Position numbers and translations under genes: made by a program
In this document: in pieces, positions 42,908 to 53,171 of the stretch
How positions within the stretch are numbered: position 1 is the first letter of the stretch
Layout of the letters: each line of letters opens with the position of its first letter
Notes under the pieces: generated by a model
The model's input: the letters and a program-made list of their open reading frames with translations, nothing else
What the model was told of the DNA's origin: nothing
Database searches by the model: none
Source of the DNA: an uncultured Planctomycetota bacterium
Lineage (GTDB): Bacteria; Planctomycetota; Planctomycetia; Isosphaerales; Isosphaeraceae
Assembly: GCA_963737655.1 (NCBI GenBank)
Contig: CAVTTN010000002.1
Coordinates: 7,424,001 to 7,488,000 of the forward strand
Reading direction: 5' to 3'
DNA length: 64,000 nt

Positions 42908-44301
42908 GAGATCGCCTCCGAGGCCCACTCGGAGGCCGTCTTCATGAGCGCCTGGGCCGGGACGAGCGAGCGATCGACCACCGTCGGCCAGTACCCGAAC
43001 GCCGGGCGAGGGCTCGGCCGCCCCGAGGCATAACCGGCGATCCCGGGAGGCCCCGCCGTGACCAGGGGAGCGATCTCGCGGCAAAACCGCTCAACCGCCG
43101 CCTTCCTCGGGTCCCGGACGGTGACCCGCAACACCACCTCGAACGGAGGAGACTCCGGCCGGACCACCCCGGGAGCCACATCCCCGGCACCCAGGCATTC
43201 GACCAGGGATTCGGCCGGAACGAAACCGGCCCGTTTGACTCGATCCAGGACGATCCGGCCCGCCGCTCGGGCCTTGGCCTCCGCCTTCCGGCCGACGACG
43301 GCCACCATCGCCGAGGCCATCCAGCCATCGCGGTAGACCGCGGCGATCTTGTAGTTGCCCGACGGGGCCTGTCCGGCCGCCCCGGTGACCCTCACGCGGT
43401 CCGGTCCGTCCTGGGCGAGCCGGACCGAGGTCAGGTCCACGTCGAGGTCGGGCGTCCGGTAGCGGGTCGGGTCGTCGATCTCGTAAACAATTTGCTCGGC
43501 AAGATTTGCGACCGAGACGAGGCCGCCGGAGCCCTCGGCCTTGGTCAGCACGGACGAGCCGTCACTCTCGATCTCGGCGATCGGGTAGCCGACCCCGGCC
43601 AGATCCTCCATCTCTTCCCATTTGTGCCAGAGTCCGCCGGTTGCCTGGGCTCCGCATTCGATCAGGTGGCCGGCGACGGTGGCCCCCGCCAGCGGGTCCC
43701 ATTCGTCGGGCTGCCAGCCGAACCTCGCCATCGCCGGGCCGACGGTCAGCGAGGCGTCGGCCACCCGGCCGGTGATCACCACGCGGGCCCCTCCCCAAAG
43801 GCAGAGACCGATGGGAATGGCGCCGAGATACGCGTTCGCCGAGACGAGCCGATCGGTCACGCCGAGGATCGAGTCCCCGGTCTCCAGATGGGCGAGGTCC
43901 ACCCCCTCGACGATCCATCCGGGGATCTTGTCCAGGACGTCATCGCCCACGACCACGCCGATCGGCCATTTTCCCAGGCCCGCCCGGTCCAGCGCGGCTC
44001 CCGCCTTCCGGGCGCAGGCGATCGGGTTGAGCCCTCCGGCGTTCGTGACGATCTTGGGGCCGCCGCTTTCGGCCAAAAAAGGCCCGATCCGGTCGAGAAG
44101 GTCGGGGAAATCGCCGACGAACCCGGTATTCGGATTTTTCGACCGGGAATGGGCCAAAATGGCGAGGGTGAGCTCGGCGAGATATTCCAGGGTGAGGACG
44201 TCCAGCCGGCCCGTCTCCACCAGGAGGGCCGGGGCGTCGAGGTTGTCGCCCCAGAAGCCCGCGCCGTTGCCGATCCGGAGGGTGGGGCGGTCGGTCGCCA
44301 T
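42904..44301 (-). CDS. Acyclic terpene utilization AtuA family protein (DUF1446)
   Basis: RIGNGAGFWGD, EYLAELT, VTNAGGLNP, SANAYLGA, VITGRVAD, GHLIECGAQATGG, EQIVYEI. Confidence 0.92.
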   Translation of the reverse strand: MATDRPTLRIGNGAGFWGDNLDAPALLVETGRLDVLTLEYLAELTLAILAHSRSKNPNTGFVGDFPDLLDRIGPFLAESGGPKIVTNAGGLNPIACARKAGAALDRAGLGKWPIGVVVGDDVLDKIPGWIVEGVDLAHLETGDSILGVTDRLVSANAYLGAIPIGLCLWGGARVVITGRVADASLTVGPAMARFGWQPDEWDPLAGATVAGHLIECGAQATGGLWHKWEEMEDLAGVGYPIAEIESDGSSVLTKAEGSGGLVSVANLAEQIVYEIDDPTRYRTPDLDVDLTSVRLAQDGPDRVRVTGAAGQAPSGNYKIAAVYRDGWMASAMVAVVGRKAEAKARAAGRIVLDRVKRAGFVPAESLVECLGAGDVAPGVVRPESPPFEVVLRVTVRDPRKAAVERFCREIAPLVTAGPPGIAGYASGRPSPRPAFGYWPTVVDRSLVPAQALMKTASEWASEAIS

Positions 44302-44316
44302 GAAGGGTGGGTCCGG

Positions 44317-45944
44317 TTAGACCTGGAACACGCCGAGGGGAAAACCCTGCACGATCCGTTGCCGGGTCGCCACGTCGAAGGCGGCGATCAGGGCCGATCG
44401 GGTCTCGGCCGGGTCGAGGATGGCATCGATCCAGCCTCGGGAGGCGGCGTAGCGGATGTCGGTCTCGCGATCGTACCGCGCCCGGAGGCGGGCGGCCATC
44501 GCCTCCATTTCGGAGGGATCGGGCGTCTTGCCTTGCCTCTTCATCGTCGCCAGGTTCACATCCAGCATCGTCCTGGCCGCCTGGCTCCCGCCCATCACGG
44601 CGTAGCGGGCGCCCGGCCAGGCGAACAGGAACCTCGGGTCGAACGCCCGGCCGCACAGGGCGTAATGCCCCGCCCCGAACGAATGTCCCACGAGCAACGT
44701 GACTTTCGGCACGACGCTGTTGCTCACGGCATTCACCAGCTTCGCCCCCCGGCGGATGATCCCGGTCCTCTCGGCGTCCCGGCCCACGTCGAACCCGTTG
44801 ACGTCCTGGAGGAAGAGCAGGGGTACTCGTGATTGATTGCAATCAAGCACAAAACGCGCCGCCTTGTCGGCCGAATCGGCATAGATGACCCCGCCGAACT
44901 GGAACGGCCCTCCGCCTTCGGGTTTGATCCGTTGTCTTTGGTTCGCCACGACCCCGACGGCGATGCCTCCGAGGGCGGCGAACCCGCAGACCAGCGTCCG
45001 GCCATAATCGGCGCGGTATTCGTCGAACCGGGAGCCATCGACGAGGCAGGCGACCAAATCCCGAACATCATACTGGGCTGAGGGATCGGTCTTGACGATC
45101 CGAAACAGGTCGTCGGCCGATCGGCCCGGCGGATCGACCTTCGAGGGGGCCGCGGACGGTGGATCGGGCGGCAACAGGGCCACGAGCCGGCGGATGTGAT
45201 CGAGGCACGAGGGGTCGTCGGGCTCGCGGTAATCGACGGTCCCGCTGACCGCCGAATGCATCCGGGCCCCGCCGAGCTCCTCGCTCGTCACGTCTTGCCC
45301 GATCGCCGCCTTCACCAGGGCCGGACCGGCGAGGTAGAGGCCGGAGCCTTCGGTCATCAGCACGGTATCGCACAAAACCGGCAGATAGGCCCCCCCGGCG
45401 ACGCAATTCCCCATGATCGCGGCAATCTGGGGGATTCCGGCGGCCGAGAGGACCGAATTATTGCGAAAGATCCGGCCGAAGTCGTCGGCGTCGGGGAACA
45501 CCTCGTCCTGCATCGGCAGGAACACGCCCGAGGAATCGACGAGGTAGACCACCGGCAGACGGTTCTGGCCGGCGATTTCCTGGGCCCGGAGCAGTTTCTT
45601 GATGGTCATGGGGAAGAAGGCGCCGGCCTTCACCGTGGCGTCGTTGGCCACGATCATCGTCCGGCGGCCCGAGACGACGCCGATCCCCGCGACGACCCCG
45701 GCCGAAGGTGCCGCCCCCATTCCTCGTACATCCCGTAGGCGGCCCAGAGTCCGATTTCGAGGAAGGCCGAGCCGGGGTCGATCAGGGCGCCGATCCGTTC
45801 CCGGGCCGTCATCCGGCCCTTGGCGTGCTGGCGGGCGATCGCCTCGGGGCCGCCGCCCTCCCGGAGCGCTTCCTCCTCGGCGAGGATCGAGGCCGAGGCC
45901 GAGCGGAGGTCCGGCTCGGCGGGCTGGCGACGGTCCGTGACCAC
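44317..45944 (-). CDS. Acyl-CoA carboxylase carboxyltransferase (beta) subunit, MCC/GCC-like (frameshift ~45718)
   Basis: GRMTARERI in the upstream frame; ANDATVKAGA, VDSSG, GNCVAGGAY, EELGGA, SFGAGHYALCG. GTG start at 45944 with GAGAGGA SD. Confidence 0.9.
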
Positions 45945-45983
45945 GGCGTCCTCTCGGTGCGGGGATGCGAAGGGCCGGACGAC

Positions 45984-46004
45984 GGTGCATGGCATGCACC
46001 CTAC
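45984..46004 (-). repeat. Single GTAG-type REP copy
   Basis: GGTGCATGGCATGCACCCTAC, the reverse complement of GTAGGGTGCATGCCATGCACC. Confidence 0.85.
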
Positions 46005-46912
46005 ACTTCGGAGGCGATCTGCCGGGCGAACTCGGCGAGGCCCTCGAGGTCGGCCGGAGGGGTTTCGAGGAGGTGCCGGTTGCCGGCGAAATCCTGGCAG
46101 GGGTGGGACCGGACCCGTTGATCGTCCGGGTCGGCCACGCCGAAGACCACGCCGACCTTGTTCGCCACGTCCTCGCCGGCCGCCTCGACGATGCCTCGGA
46201 GCCTCATGCCGACCCAGGCCGCGTTCACGTGGACGGTCAACTCGGTCAGCCTGGCGAAGTTTGCGGGGTCCCGGGAAGCCCCGGGGCCGTGGAGGGCGTC
46301 GAAGGCGGGGGCCGCGAGGGCCAGCGGCGGATTGGCGATCGCCCGGAGGAGCAGCCCGAGAGGGTCGGTCGGCAACGACGCGCCGGAGGCGTCGCCCGAT
46401 TCGAGATACGCCCGGACCGCCCCTTTCACGGCCCCGCAGCCCCGGTGTCCCAGCGCGACGATGATCTTGAGGGTCCGGGGCAGGACGCCGCCATCGTCCA
46501 CGAACGAATTCAGGGCGAAGACCAGGCTCCCCTCGCCGCCGGGGGTCACCACGTTGCCGGCCACCCGGATGTTGAAGACGTCGTTCAGCTCCTGGCCGAA
46601 GAGGATTTCCGTGGGGACGCGGGCGTCGGAACACCCGAAGACCACGGCGAACGGATATTGCAACGGAAGGCCGTCGGCCCCCTTGGGCTTTCCCAGCGCC
46701 TCGAGCTCGCTGAGGTCGATCGTCGGCGGGGCTTCGCCGTTCTCGAAATGGCCTCGGCGGCAGGCGTCATAGAACCGGCCGATGGCCTCGTTGCCGGCCT
46801 GGAGGAAGACGCGGGCCTCTTCCCAGTCCTTGGGGGCGAACAGGGGTTTTGGGTCGCCGGGGCGATATCGGTAGGAGAACTGGATGGGTAAAGGATCGTC
46901 GGGGCCGGTCAT
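46001..46912 (-). CDS. Beta-class carbonic anhydrase
   Basis: Zinc ligands in GCSDARV and GHRGCGAV; FNIRVAGN. Confidence 0.9.
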   Translation of the reverse strand: MTGPDDPLPIQFSYRYRPGDPKPLFAPKDWEEARVFLQAGNEAIGRFYDACRRGHFENGEAPPTIDLSELEALGKPKGADGLPLQYPFAVVFGCSDARVPTEILFGQELNDVFNIRVAGNVVTPGGEGSLVFALNSFVDDGGVLPRTLKIIVALGHRGCGAVKGAVRAYLESGDASGASLPTDPLGLLLRAIANPPLALAAPAFDALHGPGASRDPANFARLTELTVHVNAAWVGMRLRGIVEAAGEDVANKVGVVFGVADPDDQRVRSHPCQDFAGNRHLLETPPADLEGLAEFARQIASEV

Positions 46913-46963
46913 TCGGGCCGCTCCGGGGGGGATTTGTTCGAATTCGTTGGCTTGACGACCCGA

Positions 46964-48148
46964 TCAGAGGCGCTCCACGACCATCGCCACCGCGTTGCCG
47001 CCTCCCAGGCAGAGCGCGGCCAGTCCGAGCCGTTTCTGCCGAAGATCGAGGGCGTGGACCAGGGTCACGAGGACCCTCGCCCCGCTGGCGCCGATCGGGT
47101 GGCCGAGGGCGATCGCCCCTCCGTGGACGTTCACGTTCGATAAGTTCAGTTCGAGGCCCCGCGCGCACCCGAGCAGCTGGGCGGCGAAGGCTTCGTTGAT
47201 CTCGTAGAGGTCGATCTCGTGGGGGGAGAGGCCGGATTTGGCCAGCACCGCCCGGATGGCGCCGATCGGGGCGAGGAACAGGTCGCGCGGGTCGGTCCCC
47301 GAGATGGCCGAGGCGACGATCCGGGCCATCGGGCGACTTCCGGCGGCCCTTGCGGCCCGTTCCGAGGCCACGACGACCATCGCGGCGCCGTCGCTCAGGG
47401 TGGAGGCGTTGCCGGCCGTGACCACGCCGTCGGGCCGGAAGGCCGGGGTCAGCCTCGCGAGTCCTTCGGCCGAGGTCTCGGGCCTCGGCCCCTCGTCGGC
47501 CGACACGAGGGTCTCGCCCTTCTTGCCGGGGAGGCGGACCGGCACGATCTCGGCGGCGAACGCGGCGGATTTCTGGGCCTCGACGGCGCGTTTCTGGCTT
47601 TCGTGGGCGAAGGCGTCCAGCTCAAGCCGAGACAGGCCCACGACTTCGGCCGTCCTCTCGGCGGCCATGCCCATCGGCCAGCCCTCGATGGCGCAGGTCA
47701 GGCCGTCGTGGAGCATCGAATCGACGAGCGAGCCGTCCCCGAGCTTCCAGCCCGATCGTCCGCCCCGGAGCAGATGGGGCGCATTGCTCATGCTCTCCAT
47801 CCCCCCGGCGAGCACGAATTCCGCCTGGTTGGCCCGGACGGCCGTCTCGGCGAGCATCACGGCGCGAAGCCCCGAGCCGCAGACCATGTTGATCGTCAGG
47901 GCCGAGGACGAGGAAGGCATCCCGGCCTTCAGGGCCACCTGGCGGGCCGGGGCCTGGCCGAGCCCGGCGGGCAGGACGTTGCCGACGATCGCCTCGGCGA
48001 GCCGATCGGCCGGGACGCCGCTCCGGGCGATCGCCTCCCGGGCCGCGACCGCGCCGAGATCCACGGCCGTCTGGCCCGCCAGCCCGCCGAGGAACCGGCC
48101 GATGGGGGTCCGGCAGGCGGAAAGGAGCACCGGGGTTTCGGAGGTCAT
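46964..48148 (-). CDS. Acetyl-CoA C-acyltransferase (thiolase)
   Basis: [34 protein letters not shown]. Confidence 0.95.
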   Translation of the reverse strand: MTSETPVLLSACRTPIGRFLGGLAGQTAVDLGAVAAREAIARSGVPADRLAEAIVGNVLPAGLGQAPARQVALKAGMPSSSSALTINMVCGSGLRAVMLAETAVRANQAEFVLAGGMESMSNAPHLLRGGRSGWKLGDGSLVDSMLHDGLTCAIEGWPMGMAAERTAEVVGLSRLELDAFAHESQKRAVEAQKSAAFAAEIVPVRLPGKKGETLVSADEGPRPETSAEGLARLTPAFRPDGVVTAGNASTLSDGAAMVVVASERAARAAGSRPMARIVASAISGTDPRDLFLAPIGAIRAVLAKSGLSPHEIDLYEINEAFAAQLLGCARGLELNLSNVNVHGGAIALGHPIGASGARVLVTLVHALDLRQKRLGLAALCLGGGNAVAMVVERL

Positions 48149-48190
48149 GGGATCGGGCCTCGCCAGGCCGAACGGAAGGGACGGCCCATC

Positions 48191-48523
48191 CTAAAGAGTG
48201 GCCGGGGCCAGAGGAAGCGGTCCCCGGGGATTTTCGGTGCCGGCGAGGAACCCGAGCCCGACCAGGGCCCGGACGTGCTTGCAGCCTCGGGGGTCCAGTC
48301 CGTCCCGGCGGAACAGATAATCCGGGCAATCGCATTCGGGGCCGAACGGGCCCTGGATCACGTCGTAGATGGTGCCGTCGGGCTTGAGGAGGCGGAAGGC
48401 CCGGCGGCCGATCTCGGCGGGAACGGCCGTCGGGCGGACCTCGTAGAGCTGGCCGGCGAGGGTCAGGACGATCCGGGCCGAGGTTGCCGGGTCGGCCGGC
48501 GTCCGAGGGCGAGGGGTGGGCAT
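48191..48523 (-). CDS. Small SWIM zinc-finger-like protein
   Basis: CDCPDYLFRRDGLDPRGCKHVRAL fits the C-x-C-x(n)-C-x-H pattern. Confidence 0.7.
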   Translation of the reverse strand: MPTPRPRTPADPATSARIVLTLAGQLYEVRPTAVPAEIGRRAFRLLKPDGTIYDVIQGPFGPECDCPDYLFRRDGLDPRGCKHVRALVGLGFLAGTENPRGPLPLAPATL

Positions 48524-48765
48524 GCCGGTTCTCCGCAATATCGGGTTTACTCGAAGAATTGTAGGCGCCAGCCGGTCGGAATCAAGCGATCGCCGCATGT
48601 TCTAAACTCTGGTATGGACAGGGTTTGGACGAGGCCCGACGGGGGCGGGACGGGGGTCGAAACGAACGGCTTTGGCCGGCGCTGTCGATTTTCCGATCGC
48701 GATGGTTTAGATTCGGCCGGGAGACGGTCAAGACGCGGCCGATCGGGGGGAGGGAGCGAGGCGTT

Positions 48766-51015
48766 TTGACGGAATTCGACTTCCGACGGGTCCTGGAGAC
48801 GCTGGCCGATCCCGTGGTCGCCGCCGACGCCGACCACCGGATCGTCTTCGCCAATCGCGCCGTCGAGATCGCCCTGGGCTTCCGACCCGACGCGCTGATC
48901 GGCCGGCCCCTGGCGGAGGTAGTCCTCTCGCCGATCCATCCCAACGACCTGGGGATGCCGGTGACCTGCCGGGTTCGGTCGGCCGCGGGGGACCGGGATG
49001 CCCTGGTGGTCATGAACCGGGCCAGCGGGGACGGCGGCGACCTGTTCGTGACCACGATCCGCCCCGGGGATGGCGGAGGGCCCGAAGGGGACCTGGCGAG
49101 GAAGCTCCGGGCGGTCCTGGGGACCATCCCGGTGGGGGTGATCCTGACCGAAGGCCCCGAGGGTCGCCTGACCCTGATCAACGCCGCCGCCGATCGGCTG
49201 GCCGGCGAGCCGATCCGGGCCGATTCGTATCGCGAGTTCGTCGAGAAGTATCCGCTGGAGGGGCTCGACGGCCGCCGCCTCGGGATCGAGGAACGCCCCC
49301 TGGCCCGGACGATGGATCGGCATGAGGGGGTCCGCGACAAGATCCGCTATCGCCGCAAGGACGGCCGCGAGTTCATCCTGGAGATCACCACCGCGCCGTT
49401 CCCCGGGCCGTCGGGGGGGGCGGTCACCACGTTCGCCGACATCACCGATCGCTTCCGCCTGGAGCAGGAGTCGGTGGAGAGGGCCTCGCAGTTCCGCGCC
49501 CTGCTCGATCACCTGCCGGTGGGCGTGGCGTACTTCGATAAGATGGCGGTCTGCCGGGCGGGGAACGGGCCGGCCCGGCGGTTCCTCGGCCGGTCTCGCA
49601 CGGATATCATCGGGGTCCCGGCCGACGAGCTCTTCGCCCAGGCCCCGGCGCTCCGCGAGGCCCTGGTTCAGTGCGTCCGGGACCACTCGCCGCACTCCGA
49701 GTCGGGCGTCTCGTGGCCCGACGCGTCCCGTCCCGGCTCGGCCCGCTATCTCGACTGGCAATTCCAACCCCTGGGCACCGACCCGGCGAAGCCCCGGGGG
49801 GCGATCGCCCTGATCGTGGACGTGACCGAATCCACCCTGGCCGAGGCCGAGCGGAGCAAGGCGATGGAGGCCGCCGAGGAGGCCTCGCGACGCAAGACCC
49901 AGTTCCTCTCGGCCGTCAGCCACGACCTGCGGACCCCGATCAATGCCCTGAGCCTCCAGGCCGAGCTGCTCGGCCTCCTCGTCGGCTCCGGCCCCGACGC
50001 CGGAGACGAGCTGCGGATGCTCGCCGGGGACATCCGCGCCGTCGCCTCCAACCTGATCGAGCTGATCAACGACCTGCTCGACCTGACCCGGTTCGATTCG
50101 GGGGTCGTCGAGTACCACGTGGCCGACTTCTACCTGGATGCCTGGCTCGGCTCGACCCTCGCCGCCCTGGAGCTCACCGCCCGCGCCCGGGGCCTGGAGT
50201 TCTCCTGGACGACCGACCGGCCGGGCCGGATCATCCGGGGGGACCGGGTGAAGCTGGGGCGGGTCCTGGTCAACCTCGTGGGCAACGCCGTCAAGTTCAC
50301 CGAAACCGGCGAGGTGGCCATCTCCGCCGGGGCCGACGCCCAGGGCCAGTTCGTCCTGGAGGTCCGCGACACCGGGCCCGGGATCCCCGAGGAAGGTTTG
50401 GACCGGATCTTCGACGAGTTCGCCCAGCTTCGCAACCCCGAGCGCGATCGCACCAAGGGCACCGGGCTCGGCCTGGCCATCTGCCGGAGGCTGGTCGAGG
50501 GCGTCGGCGGCAGGCTGACCGTCGAGAGCTGTCCGGGCCGGGGCAGCGTCTTCCGGGCGATCTACCCGCCCGACCATATTCCCCCGTCCCCCTCGTTGCC
50601 CGAAGACCCCGAGTCCTCGCAGGAAGTCCCCGCGATCGCCGCGCGACCGGCGGGCATCCTCCTGGTCGAGGACGACCCGAGCAGCCGGTCGGCCCTGGCC
50701 CGGCTGCTCGAGAGGGATGGCCACGTGGTCGCCGTCGCCGGCACCGGGCCGGAAGCCCTGGAGGCGGCCCGGGCCGCCAGGCCGGTCCTGGTGATCCTCG
50801 ACCTGATGCTCCCCGGGATGGATGGCGGCGAGGTCCTCCGCCGGCTCCGCGACGACCCCGAGACCGCCGGCGTGAAGGTCCTGGTCCTCACCGGAGACCT
50901 CATGGGAGGCCGGACCTCCGAGCTCCGCGCCCTGGACGTCGACGGAATCCTGGCCAAGCCGGTCGATTTCGACGAGCTCCGCAGGTTCCTCGCCAGGCAA
51001 GTCCCGGCGGAATAG
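48766..51015 (+). CDS. Cytoplasmic hybrid sensor histidine kinase (about 3 PAS + HisKA + HATPase + REC)
   Basis: PAS N-x-A motifs, SHDLRTP, NLVGNAVKF, DTGPGI, GTGLGL, receiver LLVEDD...DLMLPGMDG...AKP. Confidence 0.93.
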   Translation: MTEFDFRRVLETLADPVVAADADHRIVFANRAVEIALGFRPDALIGRPLAEVVLSPIHPNDLGMPVTCRVRSAAGDRDALVVMNRASGDGGDLFVTTIRPGDGGGPEGDLARKLRAVLGTIPVGVILTEGPEGRLTLINAAADRLAGEPIRADSYREFVEKYPLEGLDGRRLGIEERPLARTMDRHEGVRDKIRYRRKDGREFILEITTAPFPGPSGGAVTTFADITDRFRLEQESVERASQFRALLDHLPVGVAYFDKMAVCRAGNGPARRFLGRSRTDIIGVPADELFAQAPALREALVQCVRDHSPHSESGVSWPDASRPGSARYLDWQFQPLGTDPAKPRGAIALIVDVTESTLAEAERSKAMEAAEEASRRKTQFLSAVSHDLRTPINALSLQAELLGLLVGSGPDAGDELRMLAGDIRAVASNLIELINDLLDLTRFDSGVVEYHVADFYLDAWLGSTLAALELTARARGLEFSWTTDRPGRIIRGDRVKLGRVLVNLVGNAVKFTETGEVAISAGADAQGQFVLEVRDTGPGIPEEGLDRIFDEFAQLRNPERDRTKGTGLGLAICRRLVEGVGGRLTVESCPGRGSVFRAIYPPDHIPPSPSLPEDPESSQEVPAIAARPAGILLVEDDPSSRSALARLLERDGHVVAVAGTGPEALEAARAARPVLVILDLMLPGMDGGEVLRRLRDDPETAGVKVLVLTGDLMGGRTSELRALDVDGILAKPVDFDELRRFLARQVPAE

Positions 51016-51026
51016 GAATTTGGGTC

Positions 51027-51368
51027 GCTCCGCAGAAAACCCGTTTCGCCGAGGTCCAACGAGTCGGTCCGACTCCAGTCGGGCCTACAAAAAGGGTCGG
51101 CTCATGAGTTTTGATTGGTGGTAATGTCGGATTTCCCTCGTTCCCACGCTCCGCGTGGGAATGCCGTCTTGCACGCTCCGCGTGCCCGCGGATGTCCACT
51201 AGCGAAGAGGACGCGGAGCGTCGAAGACGGCATTCCCAACCCGGTTCGCCGAGGTCCAACGAGTCGGTCCGACTCCAGTCGGGCCTACAAAAAGGTTCTT
51301 GTTTTGTAGGCCCGACTGGAGTCGGACCGACTCGTTTCCGCTCCATCACCGGGGGGCTTCTACAGAGC
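51027..51368. mobile_element. Composite MITE/REP element: GTCGGTCCGACTCCAGTCGGGCCTAC palindromes, ~58-bp internal duplication and an embedded GTTCCCACGC-family repeat
   Basis: Direct repeats 51038-51095 and 51238-51295; inverted copy 51302-51336; imperfect ends GCTCCGCAGAAAACCC / GGGGCTTCTACAGAGC; related element at 62520-62659. Confidence 0.75.
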
Positions 51369-51631
51369 AACTCCGGGTCCCTTCGACCGATGAGAGCGGA
51401 GGTTCTCCCCTCGATCGACGGGTCGATCCGGGAGCAGGAATTCCGGCGGCGGGTTCCTCGTCCTCGACCGGCCCATCCCCCGTCCGGGCGGGATTCTGGG
51501 GCGTTTGCGGGCGAGCCGCGAGACTCGTTCGATCGCCTCCGCGGAACTTTCCCGGCCGATCGGCGTTCCATGGACGTCGGGGCCGAGAACGATCGTGCCC
51601 CGGGCCGATTCGGGAAAGGAGAGCCGCGACG

Positions 51632-52444
51632 ATGACCGCCGTTCGTGCCCTGGTCCTCGGATTTGCCGGCGTGTCCCTGGCCCTGGCCGCCTCCTCGGCG
51701 ACGGCCCAGCAGGCCAAGGGATTGCCGGACTTCCGCGACATGTTCATCCGACTCGATGCCAACGGCGATACCGTCCTGGAGCGCGAGGAGATCCCCGAAT
51801 CCGGCCGGGCCGCGTTCGATCGCCTGCTGAGCCGGGGCGACAAGAACAAGGACGGCAAGATCGACGCCGACGAGATGCGGGGCCTGGGCCAGAAGCTGGC
51901 CGCCCTGAAAGGCCAGGCCGGGGCGGGGGCCGTCCCGGGCGTCGGCCTCGCCGGGGCCGCCCGGTTCCAGCAGGTGGACAAGGACGACGACGGCAAGATC
52001 AGCCGCGAGGAGTTCCCCCTCGCCCCCGCCCTCTTCGACCGGATCGACGCCGACAAGGACGGCTCGATCACCCGAGACGAGGCCATGAAATACGCCGCCG
52101 CCAACGCCCCCAAGCCCGCCGCCGAGGCCCCGAAACCCGCGAAAGAGGCCAAGAAGCCCGAACCCGAGGCCAAGAAGCCCGAGGCCGAGGCCGCCAAGGG
52201 GGACGAGGCCAAGGCCACCGAACCCGCCCCGGCCAGGGCCAAGGCCAAGGCGAATGCCAAGGCCAAGGCCGCCGCCGCCCAGGCCGGGCCTCTCGCCCGG
52301 TTCCAGGCCCTCGACAAGGACGGCGACGGCAAGCTCAGCAAGGACGAATTCCCCCGGCCCAAGGTGTTCGAACGACTCGATACGAACAACGACGGCTACC
52401 TGACTCGCGCCGAGCTGGCGAAGATCGCCAAGGGCGACAACTGA
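51632..52444 (+). CDS. Secreted EF-hand calcium-binding protein (6 EF-hand loops)
   Basis: Signal peptide; DANGDTVLEREE, DKNKDGKIDADE, DKDDDGKISREE, DADKDGSITRDE, DKDGDGKLSKDE, DTNNDGYLTRAE; Lys/Ala/Pro linker. Confidence 0.9.
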   Translation: MTAVRALVLGFAGVSLALAASSATAQQAKGLPDFRDMFIRLDANGDTVLEREEIPESGRAAFDRLLSRGDKNKDGKIDADEMRGLGQKLAALKGQAGAGAVPGVGLAGAARFQQVDKDDDGKISREEFPLAPALFDRIDADKDGSITRDEAMKYAAANAPKPAAEAPKPAKEAKKPEPEAKKPEAEAAKGDEAKATEPAPARAKAKANAKAKAAAAQAGPLARFQALDKDGDGKLSKDEFPRPKVFERLDTNNDGYLTRAELAKIAKGDN

Positions 52445-52826
52445 TTAGTTCCCCCTTCCATCCTTCAAGACCATCGAGACGCCGCCCCTCCGCGATCACC
52501 GATTCCGGTGGGGCGGTTCCGCGAACCGAGGCCGGACCGGATTCGCCCCGCGATCGAAAAGTCGCCATCTCGGCCGGGTTTCGACCCCGAAGCCTTGCGA
52601 GAGGGCGTTGCGGAAGTCGTGGATTTGTCTCCTCTTGCGACGATGGGGACGATGGGTCCAAGCATGTGGGTCCTTCGGCGCGCACGCGAGGCTGCCATCG
52701 CGCAAACAGCGGTTTTTCCAGGGTTTGATCGAGGTTTGCAACGCAAAGTGTAGTCAACTTCGGATCGCGCAAGGGTTCTTGATGTGTGGAATTTCGGTAA
52801 TCGCAAGAATTCGGAATATGAATTGT

Positions 52827-52971
52827 GGTGGCATGCCCACGACTTCGTGGGCATGTCTTCGGTTCACGCGACACATCCTCGAAAACTTGCTTGACGAAAT
52901 CTTTTGCATATTTTCAGATTATCGCATTAAACCATCGAAGACATGCCCACGAAGACGTGGGCATGCCACCC
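52827..52971. repeat. Inverted pair of GGGTGGCATG-type REP-like palindromes
   Basis: GGTGGCATGCCCACGACTTCGTGGGCATGTCTTCG ... CGAAGACATGCCCACGAAGACGTGGGCATGCCACCC. Confidence 0.85.
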
Positions 52972-53171
52972 AGAAAATGTGTCTTCCTGGCCTGTGAACA
53001 TGCCTTGGCTCGGCGATCAGAGTAATACCACGCACGCATGCGTGGCCTTCCGGCCTGTGTCGATGCCCTCGACCTGGGCGGCTAGGCTCCCGGGGGGTTC
53101 CGGGCTACAATGACGGCTGACCGGCGGGTCCGGTCCGGTCCCGTTGCGTCCTGGGTCCCGGGAGAGAAGCG

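Noticed and set aside
52335..53025. Small ORFs in the intergenic region (also 50900-51635, 27015-27293, 39126-39577)
   Set aside because: They are translations of REP/MITE sequence or antisense DNA, with no protein-like features.
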